The notes: a model not told the origin generated them from the letters alone. 64,000 nucleotides of DNA from an uncultured candidate division Zixibacteria bacterium (GCA_903908285.1 CAIVRH010000023.1:25052-89051); one strand, 5' to 3'; counted from the first letter of the stretch, positions 19,409 to 30,899 are shown. Translations and numbers: made by a program.

Positions 19409-20779
19409 TTATTCTTGACGATTTTCTTCCTTCTTAGTCATCGCCACGGTCGATCGAAAAACAGTCGACACCAACGGATGTTTATATGCATCCGATCCCA
19501 AAAGTCCAATATAGTAAGTGGCTAAAAACCAGGTCCAGAGCCGGAGACCGGGAGGCAGCGAATTTACGATCTCCAGATACTTCTCATCGAATTCCTCGGG
19601 CGGAGGTAAATAAATGGACAGTCCTTTTGGAAGATAGGGATTGTCGGGCACTTCGCTTGCCACCAACAATCCGGATCGGTCGAAGAAATCCAACCATGCC
19701 TGCGCTGATTTTTTCACCTCTGCCGGGAACGTTCCCTCCCGAAGTCCGCCAGCGAAAAGCTTCAAGTCTATAAAACCTTCCTTAAAGGAATAGGTACCTT
19801 CAATGCAGGTTTTGATTCTCTCCACACCATCTGAGGCGACGTAAGCGGCCAATACTCTGGCTAAATTCTCCGTCAGATTGATAAAATCCGGGAACCGGTT
19901 GCAATCAAATGCCACTTGCGTAATAAGAAGATCGGTATCGGATTCGGAAGAATTTCCGTAGGATCTCTTCGTTTCTCTTACCAACTGCTCCGCAAGCTGG
20001 ACTGAGTCTTGACCGGGACTGCTTTTTAGTTTTTGCAGTATTTTATCATAAGGATAACCGGTGCCGGGTTCCTGGTTCTCTGATGCTATAAGTATTTTTG
20101 TGAAATCATACCAGGAAGAAAGTGCCTCCAGATTGCCCATGTTGCAAGCATCCAAAGCCATAATATCGAACTTAGACCACTTGTATTTATCTTCCGGATT
20201 CAAGCGCTTCTTAAGCTCCGGCAGCGACTGTTTAACCAGATCCGCAAGTTGATGGCAATAGAGGGCGGGATCGCCGGGCGGCATTGAAATGGCATTACGC
20301 TTAAGGTATTGTCTCCAGGTGAAATCATCTTGAAGAACCCCCTTCCAGCCAAAGCCATGACCGGATAATATCAAAAGTCTCCTTTCTGCCGGGAAAAGGA
20401 CGGTATGGTCGAGGATAATCTCTTTTAAAACCCTTTGGTCGATACTCCACAAATCCGTAAATCGAGCGATAAAATCGTCTTCCAGCTCAGTATCTTGGTT
20501 TAACCGGGCAAAAAAGGAATCGGTTAATAGAGGACCATCGAAGAGGACACAGATGTTAACATCCGGGTTAGAGCCGATCGCCTTCATCTCCATCAGGTCA
20601 TCAAACAAATATTCAGCTAAATTGCAGTCCGCTGCCATATAAACCAGAATAGTCCATTTAGCCACATGGTTGATTGAGTCTAAGTTGGTTTTTGATATTT
20701 GAAAGGTAAAATCCTCGGGAGACAATCGTACGGTCTGGGGCAATCCTCCCCGATAAGGATTCCCGCTTTTAAATAACAT
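19409..20779 (-). CDS. Clostripain-family (peptidase C11, clan CD) cysteine protease, no signal peptide
   Basis: KWTILVYMAADCNL, EMKAIGS, LILSGHGFGW (catalytic His), DIMALDACNMG (catalytic Cys), IASE..EPG.GYPY, GLSIYLP; AGGAGG RBS. Confidence 0.92.
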   Translation of the reverse strand: MLFKSGNPYRGGLPQTVRLSPEDFTFQISKTNLDSINHVAKWTILVYMAADCNLAEYLFDDLMEMKAIGSNPDVNICVLFDGPLLTDSFFARLNQDTELEDDFIARFTDLWSIDQRVLKEIILDHTVLFPAERRLLILSGHGFGWKGVLQDDFTWRQYLKRNAISMPPGDPALYCHQLADLVKQSLPELKKRLNPEDKYKWSKFDIMALDACNMGNLEALSSWYDFTKILIASENQEPGTGYPYDKILQKLKSSPGQDSVQLAEQLVRETKRSYGNSSESDTDLLITQVAFDCNRFPDFINLTENLARVLAAYVASDGVERIKTCIEGTYSFKEGFIDLKLFAGGLREGTFPAEVKKSAQAWLDFFDRSGLLVASEVPDNPYLPKGLSIYLPPPEEFDEKYLEIVNSLPPGLRLWTWFLATYYIGLLGSDAYKHPLVSTVFRSTVAMTKKEENRQE

Positions 20780-20939
20780 TGCCTCCTCCTTTTATGCTTT
20801 TTACGAGTAATTCCCATTAAGAGGGTTTAGGGAGTAGAGTGTACCCGGGGTCAAGTTATCGGATGAATGATTGCCCGTATTTCTCAGATCATTTCTCTCT
20901 ATATCACCAGATGCTTTGAATCCCCATCCCTTCAAACCC

Positions 20940-21740
20940 TCACCAAGAATCCAGGTCGATCAATTCATTCTGTGCCAGCAGAACCTCCTGCCGCGGTTTT
21001 TCCCCACCGGCTCCTTTCATTACCAGGTTATCTGAGTCCATCTTCAGCCGAAAATGTGCTTTTCCCTGAACATCCTCCTCCACCCAAAAAGAAGCTGCCT
21101 TGAAGCCGAATTTCAAGAACTTGTTCCCTTGATAAGATACTTTTGCAGTTTCGTCCTTGGAGACTTTTATCCCTCCCGTTCCCCCAAACAGGCTCTGGAT
21201 TCCCTTAACGTCGAGGTCCAGCACCTGCTGGCTGGAATTGTAAGCGATCACTCCGAACGAGTTGGATTTGATGGTTTCGGTTATGATATGCGCCTCGCCT
21301 TCCTCATTGATGCATTCCATCAGAAGGGTGTTTGTTTTGGGCTTGGCGGAGGACAGGTAATCGTCGATGGCCGTGATGAAGACCGAATCGGAGAGTACGT
21401 TCTCAAACACGATCTCGATCTGAACCGCCTTTTCGTAGCCGGCATTCAGTTTTCCGGAAGCCGCACCCATAGCGGAGAGATATTTATTCATCAGATCCAT
21501 GCCCAAGCGTGAATCCAGCTTGCTGGTCCTTTTACTGGTAATTTTGCCGGCGGTCTGATCATATTTGATTGGAGGAACGGATGCGGATTCTTCCACAAAA
21601 TGGGATAAGGGTCCCAATATCTCTAATTTCTTCTTCTTTCCTCCGATGATCAACAGCGGCTCGACATTCTCCCTGGGAAGACTTATTACATTGTAACCCA
21701 AGTGATTCAGATAGGTGAGCGAATCGTCTTTGCAAAACAT
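20940..21740 (-). CDS. Bacterial gasdermin (bGSDM)
   Basis: Start at ATG 21740 after GGAGG gives MFCKDDSLTYLNHLGYNVISLPRENVEPL (Cys3); also FENVLSDSV, IITETIKSNSF, YQG.K.L.FGFK and a C-terminal LLAQNELIDLDSW. Colinear with recalled Vitiosangium-type bGSDM; 266 aa. Confidence 0.9.
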   Translation of the reverse strand: MFCKDDSLTYLNHLGYNVISLPRENVEPLLIIGGKKKKLEILGPLSHFVEESASVPPIKYDQTAGKITSKRTSKLDSRLGMDLMNKYLSAMGAASGKLNAGYEKAVQIEIVFENVLSDSVFITAIDDYLSSAKPKTNTLLMECINEEGEAHIITETIKSNSFGVIAYNSSQQVLDLDVKGIQSLFGGTGGIKVSKDETAKVSYQGNKFLKFGFKAASFWVEEDVQGKAHFRLKMDSDNLVMKGAGGEKPRQEVLLAQNELIDLDSW

Positions 21741-21784
21741 GATTTCCTCCATGCTTATATTTATCTGTTACCGATACCTTAAGT

Positions 21785-22108
21785 TTAGATTAATGCCAGC
21801 AGCCTATCAATTATGAGCTTGGTAATTCCATTGGCGAGGCTTTGTGCTCGTGCCCTGGCCTCGACTTTCATTTTAAGCGTTTGCATCACCGAAAGATCTC
21901 GGATATCGCCGACATATCCTTCAAATTGTTCCTTGGTTATCAGACCCATAGCCAGCTGGTTTAGGTATATCTCCAATTTTTCCCCCTGTCTTTGGATGAA
22001 CTCCTCCGAATCCGCTTTGGCATCACTGACCAAGTTCTTGAGTTCATCCTTTGCCAGTTTGCCGCTGTCATCTTTCAATCGGTCCAGCCAATCCTCCCAT
22101 GCACTCAT
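21785..22108 (-). CDS. Small all-helical hypothetical protein (107 aa)
   Basis: GGAGGG RBS, 12 bp after the lipoprotein stop; amphipathic helices, hydrophobic C-terminal helix (ITKLIIDRLLALI). Confidence 0.75.
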   Translation of the reverse strand: MSAWEDWLDRLKDDSGKLAKDELKNLVSDAKADSEEFIQRQGEKLEIYLNQLAMGLITKEQFEGYVGDIRDLSVMQTLKMKVEARARAQSLANGITKLIIDRLLALI

Positions 22109-22120
22109 ACTTGTTCCCTC

Positions 22121-22585
22121 CTATTCATTCTTGTTTTTAATTCTCTCGGTCTGAATGGCGATGTCGAATGCTTCCGTCAGGTTTTGCTTCTGGTTACTCA
22201 AATGGGTTGCGCTCCATTTTCCATTTTTCATCCGGTCATCCACATGTTTTTCAAACAGATTCCGGAGGATCTTGATCTGCTCAGAAGTTTCCGCATTCTT
22301 CTGGCCCTTTCCATATTCATATTCGTACATCTGGGCGAGTTTAAGACGAAGACCGGCAATCTGGCTGGAATTCAAGGAATCGGTTGCAAAACTGTCATAC
22401 AGAGCCAGGATTTCGGGTTTCAGGTCGGTTAAGTTTTTATAGGTGACCGGATCATAGTAGGTGACGAATCCTAACTGGTGAGCGCAGCCACATAGACTCA
22501 GCCAGAAAAGCAAAATAGCCGCCACTTCCAGCTTCCGTCGAAAGACCTGCTCTACGGCATGAGTCCTAACGAAAGGGATCCCCAT
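22121..22585 (-). CDS. Hypothetical lipoprotein
   Basis: AGGAGG RBS; RRK + hydrophobic stretch + LCGC lipobox; helical mature domain. Confidence 0.75.
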   Translation of the reverse strand: MGIPFVRTHAVEQVFRRKLEVAAILLFWLSLCGCAHQLGFVTYYDPVTYKNLTDLKPEILALYDSFATDSLNSSQIAGLRLKLAQMYEYEYGKGQKNAETSEQIKILRNLFEKHVDDRMKNGKWSATHLSNQKQNLTEAFDIAIQTERIKNKNE

Positions 22586-22671
22586 GGTTATCCTCCTATG
22601 AGAAAAATGGTATGATTACCCTTGCCAGGGCTTAGGCAAAAAGGTAGCCCTTGAATCAAAATAAGATCAAC

Positions 22672-22707
22672 AGATTTTACCATAAAAAATTTACCGAAGA
22701 TTGTCAA
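22672..22707 (-). promoter_or_regulatory. Sigma70-like promoter heading the lipoprotein-gasdermin operon
   Basis: TTGACA-17 bp-TATGGT, with an overlapping TG-TAAAAT. Confidence 0.5.
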
Positions 22708-22744
22708 GTCAAATCGAATGGCACTTGAAAAAATCAACTTGGTT

Positions 22745-24502
22745 TCACTGCGTTCCAAACAACTCCAACATCTCTTCCTCGGTGAAAATTTCCTTCTTGA
22801 TTCTGATTCCTTTTTCCCGCAGCTTCTTCACCAGCTCTACCACTTGGGGTAAATCAAGTCCAACCGATTTTATCGTTTCCGTATCTTTAAAGAATGCTTC
22901 CTTATCGCAAAAAGAAACTACTTTTCCTTCATTCAACAGGAGAATCTTATGCACCAACTCTGCGATCAAATCCATGTTATGCGAGATAATGATTATAGTC
23001 ACTCCATTTGAGTTTAATTCCTGCAGAAGTTTTTTCATCTCCATAGTGCTTTTCGGATCCAAACCGCAAGTCGGTTCATCCAGAATCAAAATCTCGGGAT
23101 TGGAAGCCAATATTCCGGCAATGGCCACCTTTCTCTGCTCTCCGCCGCTTAGGGAAAAAGGGGAGCGGGAAGCGAATAGATCAAAATCCAACCCCACTTG
23201 CTTTATGGCTTGTTTTACCCGATCATCTATCTCTTCTTTAACCAGTCCAAAATTCCTCGGACCAAAAGCGATGTCGTCATATATCGTATCCTCGAACAAT
23301 TGCATTTCCGGAAATTGAAATACCAAACCCACTTTCTGCCTTATATTTTTCATGTCAACGCTTTTGTCTTTTAAATTCTCCCCGTCCACCCGCACTTCTC
23401 CGGATGCGGGAACCAGCAACCCGTTTAGGTGTTGTGCCAGAGTACTTTTTCCCGATCCGGTCGGCCCGATCAATCCGATGAATTCTCCACGGTTTATTTC
23501 CAGGGTAATTCCGTCCAATGCCTTCTTCTTGGTTGGCAGGCCTTGATCGTAAAAGTAATCCGCCCCCTTAATAGAAATCAAAGGGTGAGAAGGGGCTGTG
23601 GACTGTGGACTATGGACTGTGGACATGTTTTGCTCGTCCGCTGTAAATTCAACCAGAGTCTTTTCACCGGTTGTGACACTCTGAGCGATCCCGCTTACTA
23701 ATTCATCCTGGTTTAAGCATTCATCGGACAAGAACCATCCCTTTTGTTTCAAAGCAGAGGCTATTCTCATGGTGAACGGCACTTCCAGTCCGATCTTCTC
23801 CAAAGACTCCTTCTGTTTGAATATCCGAACAGGCGAGCCATCCAACGTTATTTTCCCCCTTTCCATTACCAAAATCCGGTCTGCTGCCGCGGCCTCTTCC
23901 GGAAACTGGGTAATATGAATCACCGTCACATTTCCTTTGCGGGAGAGTTCTTGAATCAAATGCAGGATTTCCCTCCTCCCTTTCGGATCCAAAAGCGAGG
24001 TGGGTTCATCCAAGATCAAGTACTTAGGATACATGCATAAAACCGCAGCCAATGCCACCCTTTGTTTTTCTCCACCGGATAGCTTATGCGGCGGGTGATT
24101 TCTATATTTGCCCAGGTGGAAATATTCCAGTGCCCACTCCACTCTTTTCTTCATTTCTGCATAAGGTAATGCCAGATTCTCCAAGCCAAAGGCGATCTCT
24201 CTTTCCACCGACGTGGAAATTATCTGATTATCCGGATTTTGAAAGACCATACCCACTTTCTGGCGAATTAACTTTTGGGAATTTTTATCTTTGGTATCCA
24301 GATCATCGATCGTAATTTGTCCGCTTTCCGGCAGGATCAGTGCGGGAAGGAGCCGGGCCAAAGTGGTTTTGCCGGACCCGTTCGCTCCGATGATAGCGAC
24401 GAACTCACCTTCTTCAAGCTGCAGGCTGGTATGATCCAAAGCCAGGACAGATGATTTCTCATCCAGCTTGTATTTATATGAAACCTGGTTAAGCTCAATC
24501 AT
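22745..24502 (-). CDS. ecfA: Fused ECF-transporter ATPase (EcfA-EcfA')
   Basis: Two ABC domains (GANGSGKT, GPTGSGKS; LSGGE x2; FQNPDNQ and FQFPEMQ Q-helices). Confidence 0.9.
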   Translation of the reverse strand: MIELNQVSYKYKLDEKSSVLALDHTSLQLEEGEFVAIIGANGSGKTTLARLLPALILPESGQITIDDLDTKDKNSQKLIRQKVGMVFQNPDNQIISTSVEREIAFGLENLALPYAEMKKRVEWALEYFHLGKYRNHPPHKLSGGEKQRVALAAVLCMYPKYLILDEPTSLLDPKGRREILHLIQELSRKGNVTVIHITQFPEEAAAADRILVMERGKITLDGSPVRIFKQKESLEKIGLEVPFTMRIASALKQKGWFLSDECLNQDELVSGIAQSVTTGEKTLVEFTADEQNMSTVHSPQSTAPSHPLISIKGADYFYDQGLPTKKKALDGITLEINRGEFIGLIGPTGSGKSTLAQHLNGLLVPASGEVRVDGENLKDKSVDMKNIRQKVGLVFQFPEMQLFEDTIYDDIAFGPRNFGLVKEEIDDRVKQAIKQVGLDFDLFASRSPFSLSGGEQRKVAIAGILASNPEILILDEPTCGLDPKSTMEMKKLLQELNSNGVTIIIISHNMDLIAELVHKILLLNEGKVVSFCDKEAFFKDTETIKSVGLDLPQVVELVKKLREKGIRIKKEIFTEEEMLELFGTQ

Positions 24503-24648
24503 AATTACAATATATGAATTTGCAGTTTGAAATTCAAAGTTTAAAAATTGCTAATTTCGAACATCGGGGAAAGGCAGAATTCTTAATATCCCTCGTCATA
24601 GAAAATCAGCACTTATTTAAACCGGGCGGGGGAAAACCAAAATAACAA

Positions 24649-24677
24649 TTGACATCCGGGTTTGGAACTTTTATATA
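24649..24677 (+). promoter_or_regulatory. Sigma70-like promoter
   Basis: TTGACA-17 bp-TATATA. Confidence 0.55.
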
Positions 24678-24683
24678 AGAATA

Positions 24684-24770
24684 GATGGTGAGGGTGGAAT
24701 CTATCTTGAATTACCGGAATCCGAGCAGGGTAGATAATCCAAAGCGCACCCGGAAGGAAACCGGCCTTTT
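24684..24770 (+). ncRNA. Candidate structured leader/sRNA (unassigned)
   Basis: Nested stems GGGUG/CACCC and UCUAUCUUG/CAGGGUAGA (G-U pairs favour the + strand), then a CCGG..CCGG-UUUU hairpin. Confidence 0.4.
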
Positions 24771-24876
24771 GCAGTTTTATAAAAATTCGTACGATTACGT
24801 ATATCTATAGTTATTGAGTTTTTGATTTCGATTTTAAATCTGTACTAAGAAACTCTATCCTCATAACTTATAAAGC

Positions 24877-25437
24877 ATGGGCACGCAAAGAAAATATCCA
24901 TTACGCAATAAAATAGTGGTAGTCCCTATGGGGGACATCGAATATTCTTTTGTCAACAAGCTGGCTTCGCAATTGGTGTCATTCTTTAATATAGGAGTGG
25001 ATATTCTACAAGGGGCGAAGATTCCTCCGGAAGCATTCAACCAGCAGAGGGGGCAGTACTATTCTACCGTGATCTTAAGCAAGCTGGAGCTGATGAAGTC
25101 TTTATCGGAGGAGAAAATGTTAGGCCTGGTGGATGAGGATTTATATGTGCCCACGAAAAACTATGTGATCGGGGAGGCAGATGCGGCGGGCAAATGCGCG
25201 GTGGTGTCTTTGTTCCGTTTAAAGCGCGAAAATTATGAAATGCTGGATGAGGAAAAAATACTGTATGCCCGGACGCTCAAGGAATCGGTCCGCCTTTTGG
25301 GGCATCTTTTGGGTTTTGAAAACTGCCGCAATGCCAAATGCGTTATGTACCTTACCGACAACGTGACCGAGGTGGACCAAAAAGGAACCAAGTTCTGCGA
25401 TAACTGCTTGAGGAAAGTCAAAGTCTGGCACGGGTAG
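24877..25437 (+). CDS. Archaemetzincin (M54)-family protein with a degenerate zinc-binding motif
   Basis: RGQYYS, DEDLY....NYVIGEA, AVVS..RL, C....CVM...D.....FC..C present; HELGHxxGLxH is replaced by RLLGHLLGFEN. Confidence 0.85.
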   Translation: MGTQRKYPLRNKIVVVPMGDIEYSFVNKLASQLVSFFNIGVDILQGAKIPPEAFNQQRGQYYSTVILSKLELMKSLSEEKMLGLVDEDLYVPTKNYVIGEADAAGKCAVVSLFRLKRENYEMLDEEKILYARTLKESVRLLGHLLGFENCRNAKCVMYLTDNVTEVDQKGTKFCDNCLRKVKVWHG

Positions 25438-25751
25438 CTTCGAAGATTTACTGTAAATGTAAATTACAGATTGCTAGTTCGTCATTCATTCTTAGTTTGT
25501 ATTCCCCCATTTCCAATCCTGCGTTCAAATTAGGTCCAAGATTGTTCATATTGTCGAATTCCTCAATCATACCGCAGACCATGTCTGTTATTTCATTCTC
25601 TTGCTATTTAGGGAGATTCTGAAATTTTTTTGACGCTCTACGGATAAACACCAGGCGATTTGTTCCGAAGATTGACATTGTAGAGCATTGTAGTTATATT
25701 AGGTATGATTAACATGTTGATGCGTTTCGCTTAAACCTCAAAGGAATTGAG

Positions 25752-27095
25752 ATGATTAAAATAGATGAAAGCATTTTCAAAGCTTATGATATACGAGGAA
25801 CTTATCCGGACCAGTTAGACGAGGAGGTCGCCTACAAAATAGGAAGAGCGCTGGTGGAGTATCTAAAACCAACCAAAATAGCGGTGGGACGGGATATGAG
25901 ACTCTCTTCACCCGATCTGTGTGAAGCACTTATTTCGGGTATTGTTGAAAGCGAAGCGGAGGTGGTCGACATAGGTTTGGTTTCCACCGACTGTTTGTAT
26001 TTTGCTGTGGGCAAGTACGGTTACGATGCGGGGGTGATGATCACCGCTTCACACAATCCACCGCAATATAACGGGTTCAAACTATGCAAAAAGGAAGCGG
26101 TTCCTTTGAGCGGTGAATCGGGAATAGACCAGATAAAAAACCTGGTGGTGGAGAATAAATTTTCTGTTCCCCTGAAAATAGGGAGGATAGAAAGAATAGA
26201 TTTGGATGATGCATTCGTAAATCATCTTCTCTCCTTCGTGGACCAAAGGAAAATCAAGCCCTTCAAGATCGTCATGGATGCGGGCAACGGCATGGCGGGT
26301 AAGATCATACCCAAACTTTTCTCGAATTTATCCTGCCGGGTGGTACCGATGTTTTTCGAATTAGACGGATCGTTTCCCAATCACTTAGCCAGCCCGATCG
26401 AGCCGCAGAATATCGCTCCTTTGAGGGAAAGAGTGCTCAAAGAGAATGCGGATTTAGGCGCTGCCTTTGATGGGGATGCGGATCGAGTATTTTTGGTGGA
26501 CGAGAAAGCCAATCCCCTGGGGGGGGATATGGTGACAGCCCTGGTGGCGAAAAATCTTCTGAAAAAAGAAAAAGGGGCGACCATTCTCTACAATTTAATC
26601 TGCTCCAAAGCCGTTCCGGAAGTGATAGAAAGAGAGGGAGGAAAGCCGATTCGCACCCGGGTGGGGCATGCGCTGATAAAACCTTTGATGAAAGAATACA
26701 ACGCGGTCTTCGGGGGAGAGCACTCCGGACACTTTTATTTCCGTAACAACTGGTTTGCCGATTCAGGTTTGATCGCGCTTTTGGTCTGCTTAGAACTTGT
26801 CTCCGAGGAAAATCAGCCTCTTTCAGCTTTGATCAAGTCGATTGATCCGTATTTCCGCTCCGGGGAAATCAACAGCCGGGTGGAAAATATCCCCCGGATG
26901 CTGGAAGAAATAGAAAAGCATTATTCCCAGGGCAAAGTCGATCACTTAGACGGGCTTACTATCGATTTCGGTGATTGGTGGTTTAATATCCGGCCGTCCA
27001 ATACCGAACCTTTGCTGCGCCTCAATATTGAAGCACAAAGCCGGGAGACCTTGGAGCGGAAAAAAGAAGAGCTTTTAAGCCTGATCCGCTCTTAA
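25752..27095 (+). CDS. Phosphomannomutase/phosphoglucomutase
   Basis: FKAYDIRG, MITASHNP, FDGDADR, GGEHSGH, RPSNTEP. Confidence 0.95.
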   Translation: MIKIDESIFKAYDIRGTYPDQLDEEVAYKIGRALVEYLKPTKIAVGRDMRLSSPDLCEALISGIVESEAEVVDIGLVSTDCLYFAVGKYGYDAGVMITASHNPPQYNGFKLCKKEAVPLSGESGIDQIKNLVVENKFSVPLKIGRIERIDLDDAFVNHLLSFVDQRKIKPFKIVMDAGNGMAGKIIPKLFSNLSCRVVPMFFELDGSFPNHLASPIEPQNIAPLRERVLKENADLGAAFDGDADRVFLVDEKANPLGGDMVTALVAKNLLKKEKGATILYNLICSKAVPEVIEREGGKPIRTRVGHALIKPLMKEYNAVFGGEHSGHFYFRNNWFADSGLIALLVCLELVSEENQPLSALIKSIDPYFRSGEINSRVENIPRMLEEIEKHYSQGKVDHLDGLTIDFGDWWFNIRPSNTEPLLRLNIEAQSRETLERKKEELLSLIRS

Positions 27096-27280
27096 ACAAC
27101 TCCATTGCTCAGACCAATCCCATAGTAGTCTTCATATTACAATTCACTCCACTGTTTCAAACCCCAGTCCAAAACCTTGTGTCTTTAATCTCCCCAGTTC
27201 CCAGAAGTAATAAAAACTCAAGGAATTGTAAAATGTTACGATAATATAATTGAATTGGGTATGTTAAAGAGAGGTGGCTT

Positions 27281-28102
27281 ATGCCCACGGATCAAATTGC
27301 AGAGAAAGCAGAGATAAGAACAAAAGGGGCACCAAAGATTCTGGTGGTGGATGACGACGAGCGGATCCGCTCGCTTTTGGTGGATACTCTTTCCACTTTG
27401 GGATACTTTTCTATGGGTGCAAAAAGTGCAGAGGAGGCTTTATCCTTGCTGGCCAAAGAAAAGATAGACTTAGTGGTTACCGATGTGAGAATGCCCAAAT
27501 TGAACGGACTTTCTCTGCTTAAAAATATAAAAAATCAGAATCCGCTTTTGCCAGTTTTGATCATCACCGGTTACGATCATGCTCATACCAAGGATGAGGC
27601 GTTAGAAAACGGGGCGGACGGTTTTCTGGCAAAACCTTTCAGAATCGGGAAGATCGAGGAATTGATACAGAAGTCTTTAGGTATTAAACTCGCCGGGACG
27701 GAGGAGGCACCCTATCGGCTCAAAAAGATTCTGGTGGTAGATGATGATGACGAGCTGCGCAACATGCTCCAGGAGGTCCTGAGCAGTTTGGATTACTTCC
27801 CCATTGGGGTGGAGGATGGGGAACAAGCGCTGAATCAACTGAAGATTCAGGATTTTGATCTGGTGATATCCGATATCCGCATGCCCAAAATGGATGGAAT
27901 GGCACTGCTTAAGAACATCAAGCAAACTACTCCCGAGCTTCCGGTGGTCATAATCACAGGTTTTCCCGCATCCTATCCCACCCAGAAAGCCATGCAGGAG
28001 GGTGCCGATGGCTACCTGGCCAAACCTTTCCGGATCGAGAAAATCGATGAACTGATGCGCGAACTTCTCTCCGGCAAGGGAGAAGCACCCACCGGTGCTT
28101 GA
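27281..28102 (+). CDS. Response regulator with two tandem receiver domains and no output domain
   Basis: KILVVDDD...D.RMP...ITG...GADG.LAKPF appears twice. Confidence 0.9.
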   Translation: MPTDQIAEKAEIRTKGAPKILVVDDDERIRSLLVDTLSTLGYFSMGAKSAEEALSLLAKEKIDLVVTDVRMPKLNGLSLLKNIKNQNPLLPVLIITGYDHAHTKDEALENGADGFLAKPFRIGKIEELIQKSLGIKLAGTEEAPYRLKKILVVDDDDELRNMLQEVLSSLDYFPIGVEDGEQALNQLKIQDFDLVISDIRMPKMDGMALLKNIKQTTPELPVVIITGFPASYPTQKAMQEGADGYLAKPFRIEKIDELMRELLSGKGEAPTGA

Positions 28103-28415
28103 GAAGCATTATTGTCAAACAGACTCCTCTTCATATAAAGAATTCCTACAAAATCCCAACCGACCGTCTTGGTCTCTCTTGCATTATTAGTTATTCTTCA
28201 TTCTTAACCCATTATCTTCTCCATCCGTTTTTCATCTTGACAGAAGGAAAGAATTAAATTATCCTTTCTTCGGTTCAATCGTAGCAAAACCGGGTATGAT
28301 ATTTTGTGATAACCTTACAAAAGATTAGAGCATATAACAAATTTAGTTGATATATTATCTGCGGTTGTGTAAAATTCGAATTGAATCAGATCCCTTTTAT
28401 GGGGAGTGATTTTAT

Positions 28416-30868
<2,453 letters not shown>

Positions 30869-30899
30869 TAGCAGAGATGTGGGATAATAGCCACTATAT

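Noticed and set aside
20745..20765. NPYRG motif at the protease N-terminus as an nSTAND NTPase remnant
   Set aside because: Only five residues, with no Walker motifs following; insufficient evidence.
21741..21752. Gasdermin start at 21752 (MEEIM...)
   Set aside because: The extra codons contain the GGAGG RBS for ATG 21740, which places Cys at position 3 as in characterised bGSDMs.
24684..24770. SRP RNA (ffs) or Moco riboswitch
   Set aside because: CCGGAAGGAA, UCCGAGC and GGAAAC words are present, but the SRP CAGG/AGCA internal loop and the Moco 3' elements are not in the right arrangement.
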